DNA of 64,000 nucleotides from Alphaproteobacteria bacterium bin98 (GCA_002238905.1 MPNG01000002.1:46786-110785), one strand, 5' to 3'; positions 18,256 to 27,436 are shown, counted from the stretch's first letter. Notes: generated by a model from the sequence alone, not told the origin. Numbers and translations: made by a program.

Positions 18256-19228
18256 AACCAGTTGTGATGAAGCGGGTGTGGCACTTGTAGATAGCAAGGG
18301 TGCTATTCTAGCGCAAGGGCTCGCATCGCATGCGGAATTATGTGTTCCGCACGGTGGCATTTTACCTGAAGTTATTGCGCGTGAACATGTGCGCGTACTG
18401 CCCCCTTTGGTCAAGCATACTTTGGAAACACAAAACTATTCTTGGCGTGATATTGATGCTGTTGCAGTTACAGAGGGACCAGGATTGATCAGTAGCCTTC
18501 TTATAGGTTGTGCCTACGCTCGTGGTTTGAGTAGAGCGTTGGGTTGTCCTCTGTATGGTGTGCACCATTTGCAAGCGCATGTACTGATTGCACGCATGCA
18601 AGCTGAACTGGAGTATCCTTTTGTGGCGCTTTTGATTTCTGGTGGACACACCACGCTTTACAATGTTGTGGCTCCTAACCAACTCATTGATGTCGGCAGC
18701 ACGCAAGACGATGCTGTGGGAGAAGCTTTTGACAAAGTGGCGCGCTTGTTGGGCTTTCCTTATCCAGGAGGTGTGCATATTGAGCGCATAGCGCGACAAG
18801 GAAAGCCTAGCATTCCTTTTCCCAAACCTATGATACACACGGACAATCTTAATTTTTCTTTTTCTGGCTTGAAAGCAGCGGTTGCGCGGTATGTTGAGCA
18901 ATCAGAAATGACCGATGCTCTGCGAGCAGATATAGCTTGCTCTTTTCAAGAATCAGTAGCCTCTGTTTTGGCTGTGAAAGTGCGCAAGTGTCTGCAACAA
19001 CAGCCTTTGGCGCGTTCAGTTGTTATGACTGGTGGAGTGGCCGCCAATAAGCGTTTGCGTGAAGTTATGCGTGTAACACTTCCTGACTCTATCAAGGTTG
19101 TGGCACCTGAACCCAAACTGTGTACCGATAACGGTGTTATGACCGCATGGGCCGCTTATGAGCTGCACAAGCATGGATTATTAGAGGAAAGGGATGTCCT
19201 TGCGAATCCAAACCTGCATATGCGCTAG
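18236..19228 (+). CDS. tsaD: tRNA N6-adenosine threonylcarbamoyltransferase
   Basis: Canonical start MNILGIETSCDEAGVALVD at ATG 18236; the ORF track extends upstream to 18113. Has the HLQAHV and SGGHT motifs. Confidence 0.9.
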   Translation: MNILGIETSCDEAGVALVDSKGAILAQGLASHAELCVPHGGILPEVIAREHVRVLPPLVKHTLETQNYSWRDIDAVAVTEGPGLISSLLIGCAYARGLSRALGCPLYGVHHLQAHVLIARMQAELEYPFVALLISGGHTTLYNVVAPNQLIDVGSTQDDAVGEAFDKVARLLGFPYPGGVHIERIARQGKPSIPFPKPMIHTDNLNFSFSGLKAAVARYVEQSEMTDALRADIACSFQESVASVLAVKVRKCLQQQPLARSVVMTGGVAANKRLREVMRVTLPDSIKVVAPEPKLCTDNGVMTAWAAYELHKHGLLEERDVLANPNLHMR

Positions 19229-20711
19229 AATAATAGCCTGGGCTCAAGGGTGCCTTGCGGGTTTAGGCGCGTTTACCCTTGAGTGGGGTGGCGTCTTTTT
19301 GGTATGGTTTTCGTTTTTTCTGTTTTTGCGACCTCATAGCTCTGCTAAAACACACTCCATAATGTTTGCTTATGGATTTTGGCAAATCACTCTATTATGG
19401 GCTTCCTTCTCTCTCCGATGCCTTAACCCTCCTTGGTGGGGGTATACTCTTCCTTTTTTTGGCTTTCCCTTGCTTATTGCCTTGGTGGCGGCGGTGTGTG
19501 CATGGATGCTTCCTTGGTGGCGCCTTTCTGGATTTATGCGCTATTTTATGTTTGGAATGTGGTGGTGCTTTTATATGAGCGTTTTGGCCCTTATGAACTT
19601 GGAGTGGGTGCAGATGTTAGAATTATGGGGAGGTCTTGTTCTTACTTTTGTGCAGCTTGCCTTCTATATAGGAGGCCCGTTGGCCAATATGGCTATTATT
19701 ACGCTGATGTTGGCAAGTGTGTATGCACTACATGCTCATAGCGTTTCTTTGCTTAAAAAAGCAGGATTGGGATGGATTGCATTATGCGTTGTGGGCACAG
19801 CTCATTTAGCGTTTCATCCAACTTGCTACACCAACGCATCTGTAGGGCTAGTGCACACCTACTCTAATATGGAGCGCGCTCCTGTGGAGATTGAAAAAAA
19901 GCTATACTGTCTTTCTGCTATGCGCAATCTGGCTCAAGATGTTCAGGCTGTGATTCTTCCGGAGGCATTTTTTGGTCACCCCCCGGAGCACTATCAAACG
20001 ACAGCTGCATTTCTTCGATCGCTGAATTGTCCCGTGTTTGTGGGAGCAATGACGCAGCACAAAGCGTCCGTTTACGCGAACAGTATGATAGTTTTTTCTC
20101 ATCATACGCCAGGGTATACAAATTTTTACGACAAGATCACTCTTCTTCCCTTTGGTGAATATTTACCATTTGCGCGCTACTTACCGAATTCCATGAAAGC
20201 TATCGCACAAGGTTTTGGAGAAATTATGCAAGGTATCAAACCTGCTGTTTACGCTTTTGCGCATGATGTGCATGGCAAGCGTTTGCCTCCATTTTTGCCA
20301 CGAGTATGTTACGAAGGAGCTATTTCTTTTTGCTGTGATCCAAAAGTGGAGTGGATTTTAAATGTGAGCAATGAGCGTTGGTTTTTCTCATCGTTGCAAG
20401 AACAGGGGCAGTTTTGGGCTGTTTTGCGCATAAGAGCTGTTGAGGCAGGTCGTGCGATTGTGCGCTCTACTAACGACGGTGCAACAGGATGTATAGACCC
20501 TTGCGGTCGTACACTATCACGCATAACCGGGCCTGAGGCTATTATAAAACAGCGTTTGCCAGAAAAAATTTGTGCACAAACGCCATGGATGCGCTATACG
20601 GCGCTGTGGACTATTCTTTATTGGTGTATAATTGTTTTTAGTGTGTTGTATACACAGTGGTTTGTTTATAAGAAAAGAAAAAATGTTTTGGGGAAGAAGA
20701 AAAGCGCATAA
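19194..20711 (+). CDS. lnt: apolipoprotein N-acyltransferase
   Basis: 505 aa. Multi-TM N-terminus plus a C-terminal CN-hydrolase domain (VILPEAFF ... CYEG ... NVSNERWF ... RAVEAGRAIVRSTNDGATGCIDPCGR). The start is uncertain. Confidence 0.75.
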   Translation: MSLRIQTCICARIIAWAQGCLAGLGAFTLEWGGVFLVWFSFFLFLRPHSSAKTHSIMFAYGFWQITLLWASFSLRCLNPPWWGYTLPFFGFPLLIALVAAVCAWMLPWWRLSGFMRYFMFGMWWCFYMSVLALMNLEWVQMLELWGGLVLTFVQLAFYIGGPLANMAIITLMLASVYALHAHSVSLLKKAGLGWIALCVVGTAHLAFHPTCYTNASVGLVHTYSNMERAPVEIEKKLYCLSAMRNLAQDVQAVILPEAFFGHPPEHYQTTAAFLRSLNCPVFVGAMTQHKASVYANSMIVFSHHTPGYTNFYDKITLLPFGEYLPFARYLPNSMKAIAQGFGEIMQGIKPAVYAFAHDVHGKRLPPFLPRVCYEGAISFCCDPKVEWILNVSNERWFFSSLQEQGQFWAVLRIRAVEAGRAIVRSTNDGATGCIDPCGRTLSRITGPEAIIKQRLPEKICAQTPWMRYTALWTILYWCIIVFSVLYTQWFVYKKRKNVLGKKKSA

Positions 20712-21306
20712 GCTCTCAGAAAAAAAGCAAAAATTGTTTGAGGCATACCAGCATCAACAAGAAGATATGCAAGCATGCTTAGAGCGTACATTAGAGTATG
20801 GCCATGTTGTGTTGGATGTGGGGTGTGGTCGTGGTGAGTCTTCGCTAGGTTATCTTGCTATGCGCCCAGATGCTTATATTATTGCTTGTGATTTGTTTTA
20901 TGATGGATTGGCGCAGCTGTGCACCGCAATGAAAGAAGCAGAAATAAAAAACATGACGATTTTGCTGCGAGATGCGCTGGATGTCTTGCAGGCTTTGCCT
21001 GATGCATCTGTTGATGTTGTCCTTCTCTTTTTTCCTGACCCTTGGCCAAAGAATCGTCACCATAAAAGACGCATTATGGCACAAGATGGGTTTATGCTGC
21101 ACGTAAAGCGTGTGCTCAAAAAAGATGGTGTTTTTGTATGGCGTACAGATAGTCAAGAATACTTAGAGCACGGGATGGAAATTTTACAGGCGGAAGGTTT
21201 TATGTCCTCGCAACCCTTTCCTATAGGCTGGCAAACCACTTATGAAAAAAAAGCATGCAAACTCTCTCAAAAAATCTCTACAGTGTTTTGCTCTCTTCTT
21301 CGTTAG
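20683..21306 (+). CDS. trmB: tRNA (guanine46-N7)-methyltransferase
   Basis: SAM-binding VLDVGCGRGESS and FFPDPWPKNRHHKRR motifs. ATG 20683 is preferred over the ORF-track start at 20632. Confidence 0.85.
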   Translation: MFWGRRKAHKLSEKKQKLFEAYQHQQEDMQACLERTLEYGHVVLDVGCGRGESSLGYLAMRPDAYIIACDLFYDGLAQLCTAMKEAEIKNMTILLRDALDVLQALPDASVDVVLLFFPDPWPKNRHHKRRIMAQDGFMLHVKRVLKKDGVFVWRTDSQEYLEHGMEILQAEGFMSSQPFPIGWQTTYEKKACKLSQKISTVFCSLLR

Positions 21307-21378
21307 CATTTTTTAATGTTACGGAACTTTATTTTCTGATGTCATCTACTCTTAGTTTCCATAAGCTTTTTGCTGCTT

Positions 21379-21543
21379 AAATAATTGCGCTGGAGCAACT
21401 TTTCAAGTTGTGGATGAGTGTATGAATTTTTACATAATGACTTTGCGTACAATAAACCTTTCATCAAAAAACTTTTTATAATCAAAAGTTTTTTAATCAG
21501 ATTTATTGTATGTTTGTGTTAAAATGATCCAAAGGTTGTTTAT
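21379..21543 (+). repeat. type-A 5' leader of array cassette 1, homologous to 22418..22589
   Basis: A 45-nt block gatgagtgtatgaatttttacataatgactttgcgtacaataaac is identical at 21413..21457 and 22453..22497. Looser similarity continues up to the ATG. Confidence 0.8.
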
Positions 21544-22215
21544 ATGTTTATCTTTCTTCTTTTCCTCCCAATTAGTATTTATGCAGGGACATTGGTTAAA
21601 TTTGATTGGCGTGATATGACAGAAGAAGATATTTACTTGCCTCTAACCTATGCAGAAGATCGTTTTTTGTACCATATAGAGACGCTGCACGAGTGTAGAG
21701 TTGATACTGCATATTTAGAGCGAGTGCTTCAAGGTAAAGTCGAGACTAACGATCCTCTGTTATTAGTTTTAAAAGATTATAATGATCGGAATGATCAAAA
21801 TATTGCCGAGTCTGTAAAACAGTTAAGGAAGAGAGTGTTAGATCAGCGCCAACCTTTCTTTTTAACCACAACTGTTGGGGGCAGTTATCTGACACTGCGA
21901 AAAGATAGTCAGGGAGTGCTCCGTATGACAAATCATGTTTATCTTTATCCTACAGTTGTTGAGAGAAAGTATATGAGATTGCATAAAAATGATATTGTTC
22001 TAACAAATGCTAATGCTGTTTATGATGCTTTGTGCACTGATCAGACAGAGGTGAGGCAGGATCTTCCTTATATTCTTGGCGCTGCGCTGGAGTTAGAAGA
22101 TCATCTTTCTCAAGACATTGAAAAATCTGAACATTTGCATGGCTGTAGATTCATGAGTTTAGAGGAAATCAGAGAATCTGTAAGGAGCAAGAGTGCAAAA
22201 TGCGTTGTTTTATAA
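21544..22215 (+). CDS. array paralog P1: leader-bearing CaaX-terminated protein (CVVL)
   Basis: 223 aa. Leader MFIFLLFLPISIYA. Family motifs ECRVDTAYLERVLQG ... DPLLLVLKDYNDRND and KSEHLHGCRFM. The last codons are tgc gtt gtt tta taa (22201..22215). Confidence 0.75.
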   Translation: MFIFLLFLPISIYAGTLVKFDWRDMTEEDIYLPLTYAEDRFLYHIETLHECRVDTAYLERVLQGKVETNDPLLLVLKDYNDRNDQNIAESVKQLRKRVLDQRQPFFLTTTVGGSYLTLRKDSQGVLRMTNHVYLYPTVVERKYMRLHKNDIVLTNANAVYDALCTDQTEVRQDLPYILGAALELEDHLSQDIEKSEHLHGCRFMSLEEIRESVRSKSAKCVVL

Positions 22216-22278
22216 AAATATTATTAATTGATTATAGAGACAAATTCTCTGCTCATTCGTTTTTGCGCATCAAGAGAT

Positions 22279-22386
22279 ATATTTGATGATAAAGATGTGG
22301 AAGCGTGTGAGGCCTCACTTCGTTCAGGTGATTTTTGTCTTTGAAAGAAAAAGAATCTGGAGTCTAGAGTTGACCTATTGCATTTT
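22279..22386 (+). pseudogene. array fragment: N-terminal-region remnant of a family member, with no leader and a TGG-to-TGA nonsense change in the conserved LW motif
   Basis: Translates as IFDDKDVEACEASLRSGDFCL*KKKNLESRVDLLHF. This matches paralog segments VFDDQDV ... FLWDKKKNIEYRVNPLD. The cassette 3' element lies directly upstream, and neither a promoter nor a signal sequence is present. Confidence 0.5.
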
Positions 22387-22417
22387 TTCTTTCAAATAAC
22401 GACGTTATGATTGTTGC

Positions 22418-22589
22418 AAATAATTGAGGTAGACAAAACTTTTTAAGCTGCAGATGAGTGTATGAATTTTTACATAATGACTTTGCGTACAATAAACATT
22501 TCATCAAAAAAAATTTTTATAAAACTATATCATCAGATTTATTTGTATGCCTATAGTTTGTGTGTTAACTTACAAAAAAGGTGTTTTAT
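22418..22589 (+). repeat. type-A 5' leader of array cassette 2, homologous to 21379..21543
   Basis: See 21379..21543. The 64-aa ORF at 22462..22656 lies in this repeat, but its counterpart in cassette 1 stops after 20 codons. Confidence 0.8.
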
Positions 22590-23309
22590 ATGTTTATATT
22601 ACTGTTATTGCTATCACTCAATATCCATGCGGGGGTTCCAAAGTGTGAAGTCGTGAATATGGTGCTTGATATAGGGACGGATATAGGGGCGGATATAAGG
22701 GCGGGGCATTCAGCCCTAATGGGTGCGCAGCAAACGCTTATCGCTCCAATCGATGTCTGTGATGCGTACTGTATTCTCTGTACAGTGAATCAGAATTCTT
22801 CTCTTCTGTGCCATAGGGAGAGTCAGAAAGAGTATAGAGTCGCTGCATCACATTTACAGGAAATACTTCAAGGTACAATCACTACCACCGATCCTCTGCT
22901 ATTAGCTATGAAGGATTATAACACTCAAACTTACAATAGTCTTTTGCTCTGTCTAGAACGTACAAAAACTCTGAGTGATGCACTATTAGTGAAACATTAT
23001 CCTTCTCTCCCAGTGGTTGATGACTGTTATCTGGTGTTTTGGGAAAATGGGAAGAGACAGCTCATCGTAAGGAATACTCTTGTTATTGGTTCAAATAAAT
23101 TCTGCGCAAATGGATATATAGAGGGTGCAGCTGTGCCTTTTTCTGAATTCGTGGTATCATCAGAACCCTCGCATCAGTGTCGGTTCATACGTGTACAGGA
23201 AATGCACACACTGCCAGATGAACCTGTGCAGTGGTTCACACATAAACAGGAAATGAACACCCTGTCAGATGAACCTGCAAAGAAAAGTAGTCAATGCGCT
23301 ATTTTGTGA
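22590..23309 (+). CDS. array paralog P2: leader-bearing CaaX-terminated protein (CAIL)
   Basis: ATG 22590 aligns with the paralog starts (MFILLLLLSLNIHA); the ORF track starts at GTG 22581. Motifs KEYRVAASHLQEILQG ... DPLLLAMKDYN and SEPSHQCRFI. CAIL plus stop at 23295..23309. Confidence 0.75.
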   Translation: MFILLLLLSLNIHAGVPKCEVVNMVLDIGTDIGADIRAGHSALMGAQQTLIAPIDVCDAYCILCTVNQNSSLLCHRESQKEYRVAASHLQEILQGTITTTDPLLLAMKDYNTQTYNSLLLCLERTKTLSDALLVKHYPSLPVVDDCYLVFWENGKRQLIVRNTLVIGSNKFCANGYIEGAAVPFSEFVVSSEPSHQCRFIRVQEMHTLPDEPVQWFTHKQEMNTLSDEPAKKSSQCAIL

Positions 23310-23427
23310 CAATATGATTAATTGATTATAGAGACAAATTATCCGCTCATTCGTTTGCGCTCACAAAGTGCTTATAAGGTTTGTTTGTCTATAATGTATG
23401 TGTTAAATTATACAAAAGGTATTTTAT

Positions 23428-24093
23428 ATGTTTATATTACTGTTATTGCTTTCACTCAATGTCCATGCGGCGATCGGTGGGCTTGATCATCAAGATATGA
23501 AAATGTGTAAGCCTATGCTTCGTGCAACAGGTGATACTTTTATGCGGCGGCATGATGCTACTTATCTGTGGGATAGAGAAAAGAATAAAGAGTATAGAGT
23601 TGAACCATTGAATTTAAAAAAAGTGCTTGAAGGAAAGCGCTGGCCTAATGACCCTTTTTTATTAGTTTTAAAGAGATATAATGATAACAATGATCAAAGT
23701 CTTTTGCATTGTTTAGAAGACCTAGAGACTCAGATGTTCCAGAAGCTGAGACTTATCCTTGGTGCTGTTATTGAGGAAAATTTTTTATCATTTATGGAAG
23801 ATAGTAAAAAAAGTGATCTCGTTGTGACAAGTGTAAGAATTATGCGATTTCCGGAAGAGAACTATGAACGGATAGCTCAGAAAGCATCTGAACTTAAGCG
23901 GCATTCTTACACTTCTCGGATGATGAGAAAAAGGCATTGTGCCTATGAGGCTTATGTTTTTAGCACATTGTCTAATACAGAATCTCTTTCTTCATATGCT
24001 ATAAACTCAGAAGGGTCGCATTATTGTTGCTTCATGCGTGAGGAGGAAATAAAACAATTTTTCAATAGCCATAAACAATGTTCCATTTTGTAA
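23428..24093 (+). CDS. array paralog P3: leader-bearing CaaX-terminated protein (CSIL)
   Basis: 221 aa. Leader MFILLLLLSLNVHA. Motifs YLWDREKNKEYRVEPLNLKKVLEG ... DPFLLVLKRYNDNND and SLSSYAINSEGSHYCCFM. CSIL plus stop at 24079..24093. Confidence 0.78.
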   Translation: MFILLLLLSLNVHAAIGGLDHQDMKMCKPMLRATGDTFMRRHDATYLWDREKNKEYRVEPLNLKKVLEGKRWPNDPFLLVLKRYNDNNDQSLLHCLEDLETQMFQKLRLILGAVIEENFLSFMEDSKKSDLVVTSVRIMRFPEENYERIAQKASELKRHSYTSRMMRKRHCAYEAYVFSTLSNTESLSSYAINSEGSHYCCFMREEEIKQFFNSHKQCSIL

Positions 24094-24190
24094 ATATGAT
24101 TCATGGACAAATGATCCGTTCTCGTTTTGGAGCATACAGATTCTTATGAGATGTTTGATTAATATGTTGGTTTCACAAAAGGTGTTTGAT

Positions 24191-24844
24191 ATGTTCATAG
24201 TACTGTTGTTGCTGTCACTCAATGCCCATGCAGCGAGAGGTGTTTTTTCTGCTAAAGATGTGGAAGCGAATGAGCCCTTGCTTCATTCAGATGATTCTTA
24301 TTTGCAGGTTACATTGATTAATCCAGATGATACTCATCTGTGGGATAAAAAAAAGAATATAGAGTATAGAGTCAACCCATTGGATGTAAAGAGCGTGCTT
24401 CGAGGAGCACTCTGTCCTGATAACTCTTTTCTATTAGTTTTAAAGGACTATAATGATCAAAACTCTGACTGTCTTTTATATTTTTTAGAGGGTCTAGAGC
24501 GTTGGATGTCAGAGAAGCAGAACGCTCTACCTGGCGCTATTGTTGAGAAAAATTATCTGGCATTTCTTGAAAAGACGAAGGGTACGCTCGTTGTGACAGG
24601 TTTAAGGACTCTGAGGTTTCCAAAAAGGAGTGATGAAATGTTTGCTTGTCAAAGCCCTCTCCTGAGGAGGAGTAGGAAAATGAAGGGTTACTATGAGCTT
24701 TCTGTTTGTCGCACATTTTCTGAGACTCCCTCTCTTTCTTCATATGCTGTACAATCAGAAGGTGTGCATCATTGTGGCTTTATGAATGAAGCTGGCATTG
24801 ACAAACTTTGTAAGATCCATGATGCAAAATGTTCCATTCTGTAG
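24191..24844 (+). CDS. array paralog P4: leader-bearing CaaX-terminated protein (CSIL)
   Basis: ATG 24191 gives MFIVLLLLSLNAHA; the ORF track starts at 24146. Motifs HLWDKKKNIEYRVNPLDVKSVLRG and SLSSYAVQSEGVHHCGFM. CSIL plus stop at 24830..24844. Confidence 0.78.
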   Translation: MFIVLLLLSLNAHAARGVFSAKDVEANEPLLHSDDSYLQVTLINPDDTHLWDKKKNIEYRVNPLDVKSVLRGALCPDNSFLLVLKDYNDQNSDCLLYFLEGLERWMSEKQNALPGAIVEKNYLAFLEKTKGTLVVTGLRTLRFPKRSDEMFACQSPLLRRSRKMKGYYELSVCRTFSETPSLSSYAVQSEGVHHCGFMNEAGIDKLCKIHDAKCSIL

Positions 24845-24943
24845 ATATGATTAAGTGATTATACGAAAGAATTATCCGCATATGCGATTTGGTTCATATA
24901 GTGCTTATGATTTATGTGTTAATTTGCACCAGAGGTTGTTTAT

Positions 24944-25444
24944 ATGTTTATATTACTTTTGTTACTAGTACTCAATATACATGCGTCGGAAGAGAGCGAT
25001 GATCCATTCGGGAATAGAGAATATCTACGGCATATGAATGATAAGAAAAAGTTTCAAGTTGGCGCACTATATTTGGAGAAAGTGCTGCAAGGTAACCTTG
25101 GGACTAAAGACCCTTTGTTATTAGCGTTAAAGAATTATGATGATCAAAATTCTCAAAATCTTTCTGCGTGTATAGGTGATTTAAACAGGAAAGAATCAAG
25201 TCAATACTCTCGCACAGGTACTCAGCGTAAAAAGTATCTGACATTCTGTGAAAATCCAGACCAAACACTCGTGGTGATAAATACTACTGTTGTTGAAGGC
25301 AACCGTTTTTACTCTTTTAAAGAGATAAGGGGAAAGACGCCTTTCTCTGCATTTATTGCAAAATCAGAACATATCCATCATTATTGCTTTATGCCTTTCA
25401 AGAGCTCCAAGAGCTCCAAGAGTTCAAAATGCGCTATTTTGTAA
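24944..25444 (+). CDS. array paralog P5 (short subtype): leader-bearing CaaX-terminated protein (CAIL)
   Basis: 166 aa. Leader MFILLLLLVLNIHA. Motifs KKKFQVGALYLEKVLQG ... DPLLLALKNYDDQN and KSEHIHHYCFM. KSSKSSKSSK precedes CAIL (25430..25441). Confidence 0.75.
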   Translation: MFILLLLLVLNIHASEESDDPFGNREYLRHMNDKKKFQVGALYLEKVLQGNLGTKDPLLLALKNYDDQNSQNLSACIGDLNRKESSQYSRTGTQRKKYLTFCENPDQTLVVINTTVVEGNRFYSFKEIRGKTPFSAFIAKSEHIHHYCFMPFKSSKSSKSSKCAIL

Positions 25445-25549
25445 AATATAATTGATTATAGAGACAAATTATCCACTCACTCGTTTTTGTGAATAAAGTG
25501 CTTGTGAGATCTGTGATTTATGTATTAAATTACACAAAAGGTTTTTTAT

Positions 25550-26223
25550 ATGTTTCTATTGCTGTTGCTACTACTTTCACTTAATGCCTATGCGGCAATA
25601 GAAGTAAGTGTATTTGACTTGGGCAAAGTACAGAGCGGTGCACTTCGAAGACTTTTTTTCTGTGGAGTATGCAGGAGAATGAAGAGTATAAATTTAAAAG
25701 ATTACTTTTGAGGCAAGCGCTTCAACAAGCGTTTCAAAGTGAACTCAGGGTTAAGGAACCAGTGTTCTACGCTTTAAAGAGTTATAGTGATCAAAATATT
25801 CTGCTGTTTTTAAGTTGTCTGGAAGCAATAGATAGGAAAATGTTAGAGAAGAAGAGAGAGGAACTTTATGCTGGTACCATTGTTGAGAGTGATTATCTGG
25901 CATTTCAAGAAGATGATGAAGGGATGCTCACTGTAGGTAACCTGGTGTGCCTTGTTGAGGATGTTAGAGCGGATGAAGCGCTTGTGATAAGCAATTCTTG
26001 CTGTGATCATGGGGATTTTGCACCTTCTCCGCAGAAGAGAAAATATAAGCTTTGCGCTCGTGCGTCAATGAAGATGGAGCGTTCTCTTTCCTCATATATT
26101 AAAGAATCAGAAAGTGCACATCATTGTCGTTTCATATGTAAAGATGAAATCCAAGAATTTTCCGAGCAATTTTCCAAGAAAGGATCTGTAAGAGTGTGTG
26201 GTTATATCAATATGATCAAGTGA
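25550..26223 (+). pseudogene. array paralog P6: frameshifted at a T7 tract, and the CaaX box is mutated
   Basis: The leader ORF from ATG 25550 (MFLLLLLLLSLNAYA...) is one frame off from the body ORF 25669..26223. The frames switch at the T7 tract 25653..25659. The C-terminus reads ...VCGYINMIK, where paralogs have C-S-I-L-stop. Confidence 0.7.
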
Positions 26224-26331
26224 TTATTATAGGTAAACATTATCCGATCGTTCGTTTTAACTCCAAAATGCGTGAGATCTATGTTTGTTTATCTATAATT
26301 TTTGTGTTAAGTTGTACGGATGGTTTTTTAT

Positions 26332-27054
26332 ATGTTTCTATTACTGTTGCTAATGTCACTCAATGCCCATGCGGCGGTAGCTGTGTTTGATGATCAAGAT
26401 GTTAAGGATACTGCAGCACTGCTCTCTTTGCCGGTTTTTTTTCTGTGGGATAAGAAGAATAATCAAGAGTGTAAATTTGATAGATCAGTTGTAAGGGAAG
26501 CGCTGCAAGACAAAAGCAAAAGAGGTTCTCACGACCCTTTTTTCTTAGCTTTAAAGGGTTATAGTGATCAAGATCCTGATACTTTTATGCAGTGTCTACA
26601 AGAAATAGAGCGGGATGTGTCAAAAAAGCAGACAGCGCCTTGGTGTTTTGGCAGCGTTGTTGAGAGTAATTATCTGGTATTGAGGGAAGATGAGAATGGG
26701 TGGCTCACTGTAACAAATTTTGTTACTCTTATTGCCGAAAGTGAAGAGCGAGTAAATATTGTATTGCCGGAAAATGATGATGACATGTTCGTTGTGCGCA
26801 ATCCTTGCTGTGAGCATGATGCTTTCGGCCCTTCTCCGCAGGATGCGCCGAGGAGACTTCCTTATGATTTTTGTGTTTATCGTACGGTCAAGATGAAAAA
26901 CCCTCTTTCTTCATATGCTGTGCAATCAGAAAAGAAACATCATTGCAAATTTATGCGTGATGATGTAATTAAAAAATTTTCCACGGCATATCTGTTGAAC
27001 TGGAAAAATTTTCCAAGACATATCTTACGAATCGGTCAATCTTTTTTTTCATGA
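26332..27054 (+). CDS. array paralog P7: leader-bearing family member lacking the CaaX box
   Basis: ATG 26332 gives MFLLLLLMSLNAHA. Motifs FFLWDKKNNQECKF, DPFFLALKGYSDQD and SSYAVQSEKKHHCKFM. The C-terminus diverges (...LLNWKNFPRHILRIGQSFFS) and has no terminal Cys box. Confidence 0.65.
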   Translation: MFLLLLLMSLNAHAAVAVFDDQDVKDTAALLSLPVFFLWDKKNNQECKFDRSVVREALQDKSKRGSHDPFFLALKGYSDQDPDTFMQCLQEIERDVSKKQTAPWCFGSVVESNYLVLREDENGWLTVTNFVTLIAESEERVNIVLPENDDDMFVVRNPCCEHDAFGPSPQDAPRRLPYDFCVYRTVKMKNPLSSYAVQSEKKHHCKFMRDDVIKKFSTAYLLNWKNFPRHILRIGQSFFS

Positions 27055-27108
27055 GATATGCTGGCTTTTCTATCATTTACGTTTTATATTCCAAGGAAAG
27101 TGTTTAAT

Positions 27109-27436
27109 ATGATCATATTACTGTTGTTACTGTCACTTAATGTCTATGCAGCTGTGGGTTTTAGATACTGACGAGAGCGATGGGGAAGAGAGTCAGCCAT
27201 TTCTGCAACCGAGTGTTTCTACTAATCCGAATAATCCGAAGTTTGCGAATCGTTTGACTCTGATGCATAAGGATAGTAATCAAGAGTTTAGAGTCAAGCC
27301 ATCACATTTAGTGCAAGTGCTTCAAAAAAAAGTCGATACTGACGACTATTTACTATTAGCTTTAAGAGAGTATAACGCTGAACATTCTGATACGCTTTAT
27401 GTTCCATTTTGTAAATATAATCAAGTAATGATATGA
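27109..27436 (+). pseudogene. array paralog P8: frameshift after the leader plus an internal deletion joining the N-terminal motif region to the CSIL-stop end out of frame
   Basis: The leader ORF at ATG 27109 (MIILLLLLSLNVYAAVGFRY*) is out of frame with 27140..27436, which carries QEFRVKPSHLVQVLQ ... LLLALREYNAEH. The string tgttccattttgtaa (CSIL-stop) survives near the 3' end (about 27400..27414) but is read in another frame. Confidence 0.7.

Noticed and set aside
19366-19741. Two overlapping + strand ORFs (70 and 102 aa) inside lnt
   Set aside because: These are alternative frames of the hydrophobic N-terminal part of lnt. The Lnt frame is continuous into the CN-hydrolase domain.
22339-22344. 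TGA in the fragment at the conserved Trp position as evidence for UGA=Trp recoding
   Set aside because: TGA is used as a normal stop by well-supported genes in the window, for example pgk, P2, polA and rbfA. The fragment also lacks a start, a leader and a 3' half. It is a nonsense mutation in a remnant.
22462-22656. 64-aa ORF upstream of and overlapping the P2 start
   Set aside because: It lies in the type-A leader repeat. The homologous sequence upstream of P1 (from 21422) hits a stop after 20 codons, so the reading frame is not conserved. The composition is low-complexity and AT-rich.
26196-26390. Small ORFs spanning cassette junctions or antisense in the array (26196..26390, 24007..24222, 27555..27764, 27855..28139, 28078..28275, 28993..29202)
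   Set aside because: They overlap conserved intergenic elements or the family genes in other frames or strands. They are not conserved between cassettes.
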